Origin: a virus
IMG/VR virus record: IMGVR_UViG_3300045988_147447
DNA: 60,874 nt
Reading direction: 5' to 3' (one strand)
Both the position numbers and the translations under genes were made by a program. The notes under the pieces are model-generated. The model saw nothing but the letters and a program-made list of their open reading frames with translations, did no database searches and was not told where the DNA came from. Numbering within the stretch: the first letter of the stretch is position 1; every line of letters starts with the position of its first letter. Positions 1 through 8,992 of this stretch are shown here, in pieces.

Positions 1-36
1 TGAGTAAGTCGCGGGTTCGAGTCCCGCTTTCGGCTC
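1..36 (+). repeat. attL core: 3-prime end (variable loop, T-arm, acceptor strand) of a host tRNA gene whose 5-prime part lies left of the window
   Basis: Bases 1-36 tgagtaagtcgcgggttcgagtcccgctttcggctc are identical to 60839-60874. They contain the T-arm GCGGG-TTCGAGT-CCCGC. The integrase gene starts 105 bp to the right. Confidence 0.85.
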
Positions 37-42
37 CGACTT

Positions 43-80
43 AAAACCGCTTATTACATTGTGAATTAGGCGGTTTTTCT
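43..80 (+). terminator. hairpin plus T-run after the tRNA 3-prime end
   Basis: aaaaccgc (43-50) pairs with gcggtttt (70-77) and is followed by a T-run. The loop is rather long. Confidence 0.45.
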
Positions 81-141
81 ATTTTCTACAGCTTATTACG
101 ATGATTAAAAAAAAGGATTTGAATTGTAAATTTACAATTCT

Positions 142-1416
142 GTGAGTATCCCTGGAGTATCCTTAAATTTTTTAATCATTATGGCAACTCTATCACTTAC
201 CATTTTCAAGGCAAAAGCATTAAAAGACGGAAGACATAAGATAAGAATTGCACTCCGTCACAAGCATGAAACAACATATATCGTCACACGATTCATTATT
301 TCAGAGAACCAGTTTAAGAACGGTCAGGTCGTGAAGCATCCAGAGGCATCTGCGATAAACCGGAAACTTAGGAACATCCTTGATGACCTTCAAGAGAAAC
401 TGGACTCAATAAAACATCTTGAACTTTATTCCTGCCGGCAAATTAAAGAAATCATTTCTACAGACAATCTTTCCGATGAGCAAACCTTTTCATCAGCATG
501 TAGCAATTTTGTAGACTATCTCAAGTCTGAGGGAAGAGATTCATACGCATTATCTATTGAAAGGGTGGGGAGATATTTTCGTGACTTTGCAAGAGGTGAC
601 ATACTTCTCTCTGATTTAACCCCGTCACTAGTCCAGAATTTTGCCGCATTCATACGGAAGCGGAAAGTGACTGAAACTACAGTAAACACAATGCTTGCCC
701 AAATGAAATCTGTCGTCAATAGAGCGATAAGAGAGTGGAATATATCTTACGATATACATCCTTTTGTAACGACTAGAATATCTGCAGCCCCTATCAGGAA
801 GCTTGATCTGACAGTACAGAATTTTAACAAGATTCGTGAATCTTCACCAGAAAAGAGAAAGCTGATTATGGCACGTGACCTTTTTTGCCTTTCCTTTTAC
901 TTGGGAGGGATGAATCTTATAGACATTATGCAAACAGACTTTAGAAAAGATGTATTGGAATATTCACGCTCAAAGACTAAAGGGCGAATGCAGTCGGATA
1001 GTGTAATCACATTTACAATACCGTCTCAAGCAAGAGAGATAATATGCAGGTGGATGGATAAAAGGACGGGGAAACTTGATTTTGGGTATAAATTCACATA
1101 TCACAACTTTTCTCAGTATGTTACGTATTCTCTTGGAGATTTGGCTGAAGAGTTAAATATTGATGAACGTGTTACATTTTATTCGGCCCGCAAGTCTTTC
1201 GCTCAGTACGCCTCTGAAATAGGTATTCCTGACGGGATAATAGACTACTGCTTAGGCCACTCAGACAAATCAAAAGGAGTTATACGATACTACACCAAAG
1301 TCCGGCAGAAACAGGCTGATATGGCCATATCTCGTGTGATTGATTACGTGAACAACCCGGAAAAGTACAAAGAATATATCGAACTGAGGTCTGATATTAT
1401 GATGATGAGAGGGTAA
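142..1416 (+). CDS. int: tyrosine-type phage integrase
   Basis: 424 aa next to attL. C-terminal catalytic region reads ARDLFCLSFYLGG ... YSARKSFAQYA ... LGHSDKSKGVIRYY (R..R..H..Y pattern). GTG start. Confidence 0.85.
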   Translation: MSIPGVSLNFLIIMATLSLTIFKAKALKDGRHKIRIALRHKHETTYIVTRFIISENQFKNGQVVKHPEASAINRKLRNILDDLQEKLDSIKHLELYSCRQIKEIISTDNLSDEQTFSSACSNFVDYLKSEGRDSYALSIERVGRYFRDFARGDILLSDLTPSLVQNFAAFIRKRKVTETTVNTMLAQMKSVVNRAIREWNISYDIHPFVTTRISAAPIRKLDLTVQNFNKIRESSPEKRKLIMARDLFCLSFYLGGMNLIDIMQTDFRKDVLEYSRSKTKGRMQSDSVITFTIPSQAREIICRWMDKRTGKLDFGYKFTYHNFSQYVTYSLGDLAEELNIDERVTFYSARKSFAQYASEIGIPDGIIDYCLGHSDKSKGVIRYYTKVRQKQADMAISRVIDYVNNPEKYKEYIELRSDIMMMRG

Positions 1417-1443
1417 TTTGTCTGACACTTTATCTGTTATGTT

Positions 1444-1710
1444 ATGTATGAGGCAATGGAGCCACTACATAATATTTATTGTAATATGAAAAGAATTATC
1501 AACAAATGCCCATGCTCGTTAGAAGCTTGGGTTGGGGCAGATGAACCTGTCTTTAGCGAACAGAATCTTTACTTCTCTCGTAAGGTTGAAGTGAAGGAGT
1601 ATTTATACAAGAGACTCCAAAAGTACAAAGGCGAAATGGTGGAGTGCTATGTATATCAATTTTACAAGGGTAAACCGCGTGAAGTGCTTGTATCTTTTAA
1701 TGTAAAATAG
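1444..1710 (+). CDS. hypothetical small protein
   Basis: 88-aa ORF 28 bp after int, followed by the hairpin at 1730-1765. Confidence 0.4.
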   Translation: MYEAMEPLHNIYCNMKRIINKCPCSLEAWVGADEPVFSEQNLYFSRKVEVKEYLYKRLQKYKGEMVECYVYQFYKGKPREVLVSFNVK

Positions 1711-1729
1711 CCTAAAGTATAAGTCAATA

Positions 1730-1770
1730 AAAGCCCCTTCCGGATATTAATCTGGTTGGGGCTTTCGTTT
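1730..1770 (+). terminator. hairpin aagcccc/ggggctt with a weak T-tract
   Basis: aaagcccc (1730-1737) pairs with ggggcttt (1757-1764), then cgttt. Confidence 0.4.
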
Positions 1771-1918
1771 GCAATAAAAGCAAACTTCTACACTGCAAAG
1801 ATGTATATAATTTCCCAGAAAAGTTGTATATAATTATTGGAAAATATTGTATATCAGAATGGCTACAATCTTAAATTTAAAACATAGTAATTACAATGTA
1901 AGTATTTATATGTAAGCA

Positions 1919-2998
1919 CTAATCATTTTTTATATCTATGGATTTATATAATCTGCTTAGAAACTCATAAGATACATATTCGTTCTTAACTGGATTTTGT
2001 TGTAAAGTTGAAGGGAAACTTATGTATTCCATACGTGATATATTATTTATATTTTCTTTCAATCTTATATCTTTTAGTTCAAGGTTATTGAATAAATCTG
2101 CATCTAAATATAATTGTCGGGTTTTGTTGTTTGACAAAGAACTAAAAGAGTTAAAGAATAAAAGTACGAGTTCATCTTTTGATAATTGAGCACGGAATAT
2201 ATCTGAATACTTTTTAGGATAGTTGAATCCTGAGACCATTTCCAGAATATAATAAGCGTTTCTAAAATATGTACCAAGTTGATTTATATATTTAGAAAAA
2301 CAAAAGTCAGCAGTTTTCGATATAGCTTCTATTATTGGTTTAAAGTTATTCTGTTTAAGATAAGTTCTTATAGCTATTAAGCAAATATAATCGTATGTAT
2401 TTAAATTAATAGGTATTTGATTAACAACGCCTCCAGATTTACTCCAATTATATCCGTTATAAATATTATTTATAGCAATTGCTAAATAATTGTATGAAGA
2501 ATACCATTGTATTGTAGATCTATTTGATGGAATGATTTCTTTTGCGAATTCCTCTTTGGATAAATAGTTTGGTATATTATTTCTTATTTCTACGTAAAAT
2601 ATACAACATAATTCAAAAGTTATTTGTTGATAAGTCTTTTCAGTAGTACAAAATTCCTCATATTGAATAATGTTCCAATCATGAAGTGTTTTATCATATT
2701 TCCAATCTATTTTTTTTACACGTAATGAATCACGATAAGAAATGAATATTTTAAGCATTTCAAAGAATGTAGATCTTTCCTCACTATTCAAAAACTGCTG
2801 TTTATTTTGTTTTGATGTGTATAATACTCCGATAAATGCTATTAACCCTGTAATAGCTCCAAGGATACTTCCAAAATCACCCCAATGAAATTTACTCCTT
2901 TCTGAAATAAAAAAACAGCATAAAATAGAGAATGCTATTATTGATATGGTAATTATCCATGATCTTTCATTTTTTATATACTTCTTCAATCTTCTCAT
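1919..2998 (-). CDS. membrane-anchored protein, putative abortive-infection protein (putAbiC-like)
   Basis: 359 aa in a very AT-rich moron between int and the lysis genes. Two N-terminal TM helices flank HWGDFGSILGAITG, which resembles the GDxxGG motif I recall for Pfam putAbiC. Named from memory only. Confidence 0.45.
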   Translation of the reverse strand: MRRLKKYIKNERSWIITISIIAFSILCCFFISERSKFHWGDFGSILGAITGLIAFIGVLYTSKQNKQQFLNSEERSTFFEMLKIFISYRDSLRVKKIDWKYDKTLHDWNIIQYEEFCTTEKTYQQITFELCCIFYVEIRNNIPNYLSKEEFAKEIIPSNRSTIQWYSSYNYLAIAINNIYNGYNWSKSGGVVNQIPINLNTYDYICLIAIRTYLKQNNFKPIIEAISKTADFCFSKYINQLGTYFRNAYYILEMVSGFNYPKKYSDIFRAQLSKDELVLLFFNSFSSLSNNKTRQLYLDADLFNNLELKDIRLKENINNISRMEYISFPSTLQQNPVKNEYVSYEFLSRLYKSIDIKND

Positions 2999-3040
2999 AA
3001 TTTGTAGTTTAATGTATTTTCCGCATTAACTACAAATATA

Positions 3041-3535
3041 CTACTTCTTGAATATTTTAAGCACCAATAATCCTATTATCACTATAATTACAATAAATGA
3101 GAGTTCACCAAGTCTAATTTTTATCTTTTGATATAAAGTAAGTTCCTTTTCTACTGGGTAAGGAACTTTTTCCTTTTTGGAAACAACCACTTCCTTCGCT
3201 GGAAGGTAAACCGTATCCGGCTGAGTTTTCATCTTCGCCAGTAGATTACCTAGGCTATCAATGGTAAGCTGCGCCTGAGCGTTCTTACTGTTTGCGATGT
3301 CCAACCATTTCAGTACGACCTTCCCGTTCTCGTCGCACTCTAACAACGCCCGGATGGTGGCACTGTCAGGAGGGATCTGTACTTCAACCAATTTCTCTAT
3401 TACCACGCTATCAGCTTTGGTTTCAACCGGAACATACTTCACTGTCTGGCAGGAATAAATGAGAACGAGGCACATAAATGGAGCCAGCGTAATACACCAG
3501 CTCACCTTATCCATTATGTATTCGTATAACTTCAT
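3041..3535 (-). CDS. unimolecular spanin candidate (N-terminal lipoprotein signal plus C-terminal TM anchor)
   Basis: 164 aa. N-terminus is ...FMCLVLIYSC (lipobox-like Cys) and C-terminus is LSFIVIIVIIGLLVLKIF. The start overlaps the endolysin stop by 4 nt. Confidence 0.5.
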   Translation of the reverse strand: MKLYEYIMDKVSWCITLAPFMCLVLIYSCQTVKYVPVETKADSVVIEKLVEVQIPPDSATIRALLECDENGKVVLKWLDIANSKNAQAQLTIDSLGNLLAKMKTQPDTVYLPAKEVVVSKKEKVPYPVEKELTLYQKIKIRLGELSFIVIIVIIGLLVLKIFKK

Positions 3536-4059
3536 GGCTTCACAACGATTTCAGGGACAAAAGGATATTCGCTCCGCACATCGAAGCAAGGACACATCTT
3601 CGTCCACTCTTCAGGTTCCACGATACCATCACCGTCCAGGTCAGGCGATGTGTCACGATGCCCCAGCACCTCGACAATCTGGTACTTTCCGCAAAGCTCC
3701 TTAATCAGTTTGGCTAACGCTTTCTTCTGTTCCGGTGTTCGGGTGTCAGCTGCCTTACCGTGCGCGTCCAGACCGCCCACATAGCAGATACCAATTGAAT
3801 GTTTGTTGTACGACACACCTGAGAATCCCTTGCTATTACAGTGCGCCCCGTCAATAGTGAGCGAACGGCCAACTTCTACCGTACCATCCAGCCGGATAAC
3901 GTAGTTGTACCCAATACACTGAAAGCCACGGGATACGTGCATCTGATTAATCTCCTTTTTACCTATGTCCAGCCCGGCACGTGTGGCTGAGCAGTGAATT
4001 ATTATTGAATCTATTTTGTTCATAATAAAATTACATCTATATTTGTGGAGTTCTGCCAA
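3532..4059 (-). CDS. N-acetylmuramoyl-L-alanine amidase endolysin (Amidase_2/PGRP, T7-lysozyme-like)
   Basis: Motifs IIIHCSATRAG, GYNYVI, ICYVGG, GHRDTSPD and CPCFD are typical of zinc amidase_2 endolysins. Confidence 0.85.
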   Translation of the reverse strand: MAELHKYRCNFIMNKIDSIIIHCSATRAGLDIGKKEINQMHVSRGFQCIGYNYVIRLDGTVEVGRSLTIDGAHCNSKGFSGVSYNKHSIGICYVGGLDAHGKAADTRTPEQKKALAKLIKELCGKYQIVEVLGHRDTSPDLDGDGIVEPEEWTKMCPCFDVRSEYPFVPEIVVKP

Positions 4060-4123
4060 TGGTAGGATGGTTAATAAAAAATTTATTACAAGGAGTGCAG
4101 TGGCACTCCTATTTTATTTTAGT

Positions 4124-4339
4124 TCAGTTCCTTTTCTTCAGCACACTAATCCGTTTCCCGTCTTTGAAATACATTCGTGACATGTTCTTATCACGAACAA
4201 ATCTTCTGTCCATCGAAAAATATCCATGCTTCCCGTCACTGAATACCGCCCTTTCGCCGGTCTTAAACCGAATCGGCATATTAGGCAGTCCATTATTCAT
4301 GGCCGCCAGTATAAGCAATCTGCGTCTTAACAAAATCAT
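4124..4339 (-). CDS. hypothetical small basic protein
   Basis: 71-aa ORF whose start overlaps the stop of 4336..4761 by 4 nt. Confidence 0.35.
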   Translation of the reverse strand: MILLRRRLLILAAMNNGLPNMPIRFKTGERAVFSDGKHGYFSMDRRFVRDKNMSRMYFKDGKRISVLKKRN

Positions 4340-4761
4340 AAAGTACCTCCCATCACAGCTATATTATTAAGAATACTTACCTGATACGTCCTGTTGGCCC
4401 TGACAACACTGCTTCCTATCCATTTCACACCTTCAGGAAGATTCAGGACGGTAGGCGTAACACCACTTGAAAACTGGAACATGTACTCATTGGCAATGCC
4501 TGGAAAGCCTTTTCCAAATGTGACGTTAAGTACGGATACTTCTCCGAACACATGGAACACGTTCGGAAGAAGCTCGGCACTGACCTCACCCGTACCAGCA
4601 TTCACGCTGGATATGCAGCCATTGCCATAATATTCCCCATGGGTATAGATAGCCCGTATCTCCTTGATGTAGGAAACGGAATCAGGCAATATGTTACCGG
4701 CTTCCAGTTCTTTCTTGAAGGTGGCATATTTCAAATAATTGTTGAATCTCTTTTTCGCCAT
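4336..4761 (-). CDS. hypothetical protein downstream of the fibre-like gene
   Basis: 141-aa ORF in the co-directional array directly after the 704-aa fibre-like gene. Confidence 0.5.
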   Translation of the reverse strand: MAKKRFNNYLKYATFKKELEAGNILPDSVSYIKEIRAIYTHGEYYGNGCISSVNAGTGEVSAELLPNVFHVFGEVSVLNVTFGKGFPGIANEYMFQFSSGVTPTVLNLPEGVKWIGSSVVRANRTYQVSILNNIAVMGGTL

Positions 4762-4808
4762 GTCATTGGGATTTATGGGGGGCTCTGATACAAAGCCCCC
4801 ACATATTA

Positions 4809-6923
4809 TTACTCGGTTTCCTCATTCCATGCAAACGCATCATCAAGATCCTGTTTAGTGGCATACTGCTTCAGAGTCTCGTTCGTTGCATAGCTGGTCA
4901 GTTCAGCCTTGGTCGCATAAGTGGAGGAAAGCCCTTCGATAGCCTCACTCAGTGCAGCTTTTGTGGCATAGGTGTTCGCCACATCTACAGCCTTGGCATA
5001 TCCAGCCAAATCCTCTTCGGTAAGAAATCCTTCGAGGTCAGCTTTCTTTGCATACGCTGTCAAATCGACCGTACCACCCAAGGAATCCCAGTTGGTTTCC
5101 ACACTTGCCTGATTGGCCGTTTCTCCGATGTAGACGAAGTTCGTTTCAGCCGGATATTTCTTGCCGTTCAGGGTAACTTCTGCCGTAACGTTATATACGT
5201 GGCCTTTCGATACAGAAGACACCCCTTTCAGGGCACTAAGGTCTGCCAGAGTACCCTTTGGCACATATACGGCACCAAGCGCGTTGACCTTGTTTGTCAG
5301 TGTGTCAACCAGACCTTTCAGAACTTTACCCTGCTCGGCGGAAAGTGCCTTATTAGTCCCGCCCGTTGTGAGGTCATTGATAATCTGGATGAGTGTCTGT
5401 GCACCGACGTCAAGACGAATCCATCCGCCATAATCAGCCTGGGTAATCTTTGTCATGTCCTTCAGGACATACAGAGCCGGTTTGCCGTCCCCGTTATCTC
5501 CAACAACGACCAACATGCCGTTATAAGTATTCTTTCCTGAATAGGTAGCTGCGGCAATAAGGTCTTTCTTGTTTGGAACAAGCTGACGGGCATCCAGTGG
5601 CGCCTGTCCTCCAGGCTCAAAGTTCACGGCAAAGGAAGCAACACCCGCAGGACGGTTTCCTGTTGTCGAAGCCATCGGCATGACATTGTTCATCGGCATG
5701 GCAAAGGGAACTTCACGGCTGTTTCGTGCAAGCATGGCTATCACTTCATCCGTAATTTCCTCGCCATTATATGTGTCCGGCTCGTCTACAAGTTTTTTCC
5801 CGGCATCGGAAACTGTGAAGCGAAGTTGTAATGCACCGGACATGGCACCTGTCGTTGTCAGCTTCTTGTATGCAATCTGAACACTTTGTACGGTCTTGTT
5901 TCCTGCATCAGATACGGTGTACTTGTCCGTTCCGAAGACTTCCCACTTTCCGGACACCGTATTATAGAACTCGACTTTTGATACATTCTTTTCTGAAGGG
6001 AAGTAGAATTCAAGGCGGGTTCCGGTTGCTGCTTCAGAAGCAAACTTCGCTCCAATTAATGTATCAGTCCATTTCTGCAGCGGAAGCTTTGTATCAGGAG
6101 CTGCGGCAGACGGGAAATTGGTATCTCCGGCAGAGGTAGAAGCTGAAGAACCATTACAGTAAAACGGATAGGTACCATAAAGGTAGACAGCACCTGATTT
6201 CACAGTACCTTCAGGAAGCGGATTAGGGGACACGGTCGCCTTGTTTCCTTTTGAAGTGAGCAAGGTGTCACCTGCGCCATGATGAGCCTGGTAATTGTAC
6301 TGCATCGTACCGAGTGTAACTTTCGTCGGCAATGTCTTGTTGCTTGTACTGTTTCCTACATAGATGAAAGACTGGTCATCGGAGATAAGTTCTCCTGCAC
6401 GGTTCTTGTTTGCCTGGCCAACAACCGTACAATTACCACGGTTAAATCCTGTCTGAATCTGTTCTGAGGTAGGTGCGCTTTCACCAACCTCCAGAATCTT
6501 GTTGGCGGTAAAAGGAGACTTGAATGATATTGTTGCACTTGGTGCCTGTACCGTCGGCTGGATTTCCTCAAAGAGAATATCCTCGAAAATCTGGCTCAGC
6601 GTCTTTGTCTTCAAGGTCTCGACCTTTGTCCCAGCCGGAAGACCTCCCAGTTTCGAAGGAGTGGCAAGGCTGTCTGGCAATGATGTCTTGAACCTGATGA
6701 GTTCCGTCAGATCATATTCGGTCTTGCCTGATGATTTGGTAACGATAAGTTTATTGCTGCCTTTGTCAAAACTGACATCTGTGACACCGCTTCCTCCATA
6801 ATTCACACCGTTCATCAACAGTTCTTTGGTGTCGGTTGCAAAATAGATAGCATCCAGATGTTTTGACGCTGCATCATAACGGGCCTTTAAGCCCCTGTAG
6901 AATTTTAATTTTGTTGTTGCCAT
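4809..6923 (-). CDS. fibre-like structural protein
   Basis: 704 aa. The C-terminal part has repeated Y-A-(T/K)-K heptad-like units (YAKKADLEG, YAKAVDVANTYATKAALSE, STYATKAELTSYATNETLKQYATKQDL). Located in the tail-distal gene block. Confidence 0.6.
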   Translation of the reverse strand: MATTKLKFYRGLKARYDAASKHLDAIYFATDTKELLMNGVNYGGSGVTDVSFDKGSNKLIVTKSSGKTEYDLTELIRFKTSLPDSLATPSKLGGLPAGTKVETLKTKTLSQIFEDILFEEIQPTVQAPSATISFKSPFTANKILEVGESAPTSEQIQTGFNRGNCTVVGQANKNRAGELISDDQSFIYVGNSTSNKTLPTKVTLGTMQYNYQAHHGAGDTLLTSKGNKATVSPNPLPEGTVKSGAVYLYGTYPFYCNGSSASTSAGDTNFPSAAAPDTKLPLQKWTDTLIGAKFASEAATGTRLEFYFPSEKNVSKVEFYNTVSGKWEVFGTDKYTVSDAGNKTVQSVQIAYKKLTTTGAMSGALQLRFTVSDAGKKLVDEPDTYNGEEITDEVIAMLARNSREVPFAMPMNNVMPMASTTGNRPAGVASFAVNFEPGGQAPLDARQLVPNKKDLIAAATYSGKNTYNGMLVVVGDNGDGKPALYVLKDMTKITQADYGGWIRLDVGAQTLIQIINDLTTGGTNKALSAEQGKVLKGLVDTLTNKVNALGAVYVPKGTLADLSALKGVSSVSKGHVYNVTAEVTLNGKKYPAETNFVYIGETANQASVETNWDSLGGTVDLTAYAKKADLEGFLTEEDLAGYAKAVDVANTYATKAALSEAIEGLSSTYATKAELTSYATNETLKQYATKQDLDDAFAWNEETE

Positions 6924-6935
6924 AAAAGTCTGATT

Positions 6936-7421
6936 TTAACTGTTTGTTTCTTCATTCCATACTGCTTCTGTTATCTCCTCCCATTCTCCATCCTTCCGGC
7001 CGTATATCTTCCCGTCTTTTGGCGCATCGGGAATGGGAATGCTTCCACCGGTTGATATGTCAATGGAAGAAGCACCAAGGTTGACGGTGGCCATTTCAAG
7101 GTTAGGGACACTTATGCTGTCCTCTTCACAAGTTGTTGCAACAAGCCTGAAAGCCTCACACATGTCAACGGCAGTCTGTCCTTCCTTACCATAGTTCTCC
7201 CACAAAGTCAGCGAATACGTACCAAGGTGTTTGTGGTCTGTTCCATGAAAAGTAAATTTCAGCTTGTTTCCCTGGTATATCTCAAAATGGAAATCGAGAA
7301 ATCTGCCTAGAGGATTCTTCAGCATGAGTTTCAAGTCCCTTCCTTCCAGTGGAACAGGCTCCTTGTTCGTGAGTATCTGCCAGGTGAAGTATATATCTTT
7401 CCCTATCCTTATCTTTCTCAT
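6936..7421 (-). CDS. hypothetical structural protein sharing a C-terminal WNEET motif with the 704-aa protein
   Basis: 161 aa ending ...AVWNEETNS, compared with ...AFAWNEETE in the downstream gene. Confidence 0.5.
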   Translation of the reverse strand: MRKIRIGKDIYFTWQILTNKEPVPLEGRDLKLMLKNPLGRFLDFHFEIYQGNKLKFTFHGTDHKHLGTYSLTLWENYGKEGQTAVDMCEAFRLVATTCEEDSISVPNLEMATVNLGASSIDISTGGSIPIPDAPKDGKIYGRKDGEWEEITEAVWNEETNS

Positions 7422-7496
7422 ATCAACTAGGTCATGAAACTTATTGTCATAAGTAATATTATGATTACGGAGTAGATGATTTCCGCTATCAGGCGT

Positions 7497-7994
7497 CTAT
7501 CTGTCTTCTTCATCCTTTGTAACTTTTTCGATAATTTCGCCAGCCGTTGTGTACTTCTTTTTAATGTAGCCCACCAGCAGGCGCTTAATGGAAACCTTGT
7601 TCTTGATTCCGTGAATTTCACATACATGTTCCATGATTGAATCAAATTCAAATACAATAGCTATCCCCAGTCCGCACATTGACGATGTCGTATAGGAACA
7701 AATACCTACAGGCTGGAGAATAGCAACACCAAAACCGAATCCCAACACTAAATACGAATTATATTCGATGAACTTGCACATCGTTCGGCGGCCTGCTCTG
7801 GAAAAGCGGAAATCCTCTCCTCGCTTGACCACGCTGTCAATGATACCAAGGACAAAATCCGCTATAATCATGGCTACAATGAAGACCAGCATCCAGCGAA
7901 GCTCAAAGACAACGCTTCTTATCTCTCCTACAAAGGAGTAAGCCCCGGCAACAAGAATCTGCGGGGCTATGACGGTTATAAGGTTCTGCATCAC
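7497..7994 (-). CDS. holin-family membrane protein (Phage_holin_4_1-like)
   Basis: 165 aa with 3-4 TM helices. FIVAMIIADFVLGIIDSVVKRGEDFRFSRAGRRTMCKF matches the hhhDhhhG...S..g..K pattern I recall for this holin family. Confidence 0.55.
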   Translation of the reverse strand: MMQNLITVIAPQILVAGAYSFVGEIRSVVFELRWMLVFIVAMIIADFVLGIIDSVVKRGEDFRFSRAGRRTMCKFIEYNSYLVLGFGFGVAILQPVGICSYTTSSMCGLGIAIVFEFDSIMEHVCEIHGIKNKVSIKRLLVGYIKKKYTTAGEIIEKVTKDEEDR

Positions 7995-8395
7995 TCCTTA
8001 TTTACCTTACCACCGAACAACCTGGACAGCCATTCACTTGTTACAACCGACACGATACCAGTAGATGCCAGGGCGACAAATAACGCATCAATCAGCACAA
8101 CCCAGACACTTGCATCTGCAGGAGGAAAACCGAGATTCATCCACCAGCTGAAAAAAGTAACAAGCATACCGACAACTGCTGTCACCCACATAGTCACCCA
8201 CTTGTTCATAGGATTGGATAGCTTCGAAGCGATAAATCCTACTACAGCAGGAACCACGACCGTAACAAGCCCGGTGAAGCTGGCAAATCCGGTCAGGAAC
8301 TCCGGAACGGAAGGTTCTACACTAACGGAAGTCTCCGCGAAAACACTCACTACGCACATCAGCAGTGCGACCATCATGAAAACGAATCTTTTCAT
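7991..8395 (-). CDS. multi-pass membrane protein (second holin/antiholin candidate)
   Basis: 134 aa with a signal-like N-terminus and 3 hydrophobic helices. Its stop overlaps the downstream start by 4 nt. Confidence 0.45.
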   Translation of the reverse strand: MKRFVFMMVALLMCVVSVFAETSVSVEPSVPEFLTGFASFTGLVTVVVPAVVGFIASKLSNPMNKWVTMWVTAVVGMLVTFFSWWMNLGFPPADASVWVVLIDALFVALASTGIVSVVTSEWLSRLFGGKVNKE

Positions 8396-8413
8396 CTTAC
8401 TAAGGTTTTAGAT

Positions 8414-8467
8414 TAAACAAAAAATGCCCATAAGCGCATCCCAACTTAATGGAACACGCTCATGGGC
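8414..8467 (-). terminator. rho-independent terminator closing the tail/shufflon transcript
   Basis: On the minus strand, GCCCATGAGCG...CGCTTATGGGC is followed by ATTTTTTGTTT (plus-strand stem arms 8426-8436 and 8457-8467). Confidence 0.55.
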
Positions 8468-8589
8468 GTAACTACTATTTCACACACAAAACTACTCATT
8501 TACCATCCTTTTTCAGCGAAGGTAAATGATATAAAAACGAACAAAGAATAAAAGGTTTCAAATCGACTGACACGCCTTGTCAGTAAGTT

Positions 8590-8645
8590 GGTAGAAGCCG
8601 GGTAGAATAAGCAAGCTAGTTACTATTTTCTACCCAATTTCTACC
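8590..8645. repeat. phased inverted repeat GGTAGAA-N4-GGTAGAA-N20-TTCTACC-N4-TTCTACC
   Basis: GGTAGAA at 8590-8596 and 8601-8607. Its complement TTCTACC is at 8628-8634 and 8639-8645. Spacing is 11 bp on each side. Confidence 0.6.
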
Positions 8646-8704
8646 ACTCAAATAATTTTCAATACAGCTTTCTTTATTTCAGTTGTTTTCATTCATACCC
8701 ATAA

Positions 8705-8992
8705 GTCCTGGCGGAACTTATTGGAACGGCTACTTTAAAAAATGATGGATTAATGTCAAAATCAGGTTTCCTGAGTGCTATTGGATTAAATTTGGAAGGT
8801 GATGCCAATACCGTAAATAACGGAGTTTATAAATTTGACTCACAACAGGACAATATGCCCGTGAATTATGGCATATTAGTTGCATTTTCTTGTGACGGAT
8901 GGATTCGTATGCAATTATGTGCAGGTGGAGATAATGGATTAGCATATATAAGAATGCATTATAATAGTTGGACATCATGGAAACAACTATAA
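8705..8992 (+). other. silent C-terminal cassette A of the tail-protein shufflon
   Basis: The frame opens right after TAA at 8702-8704 and starts V-LAELIG at site S1. It is in frame with track ORF 8753..8992 and ends ...MHYNSWTSWKQL. Confidence 0.65.
8708..8724 (+). repeat. shufflon crossover site S1 (ctggcggaacttattgg)
   Basis: Matches the 17-bp core CTGGCGGRACTKATKGG, in plus orientation. Confidence 0.7.

Noticed and set aside
7427-7657. 76-aa ORF overlapping the 3-prime end of the holin-family gene.
   Set aside because: It lies in a different frame of the same strand inside a better-supported gene and has no independent signal.
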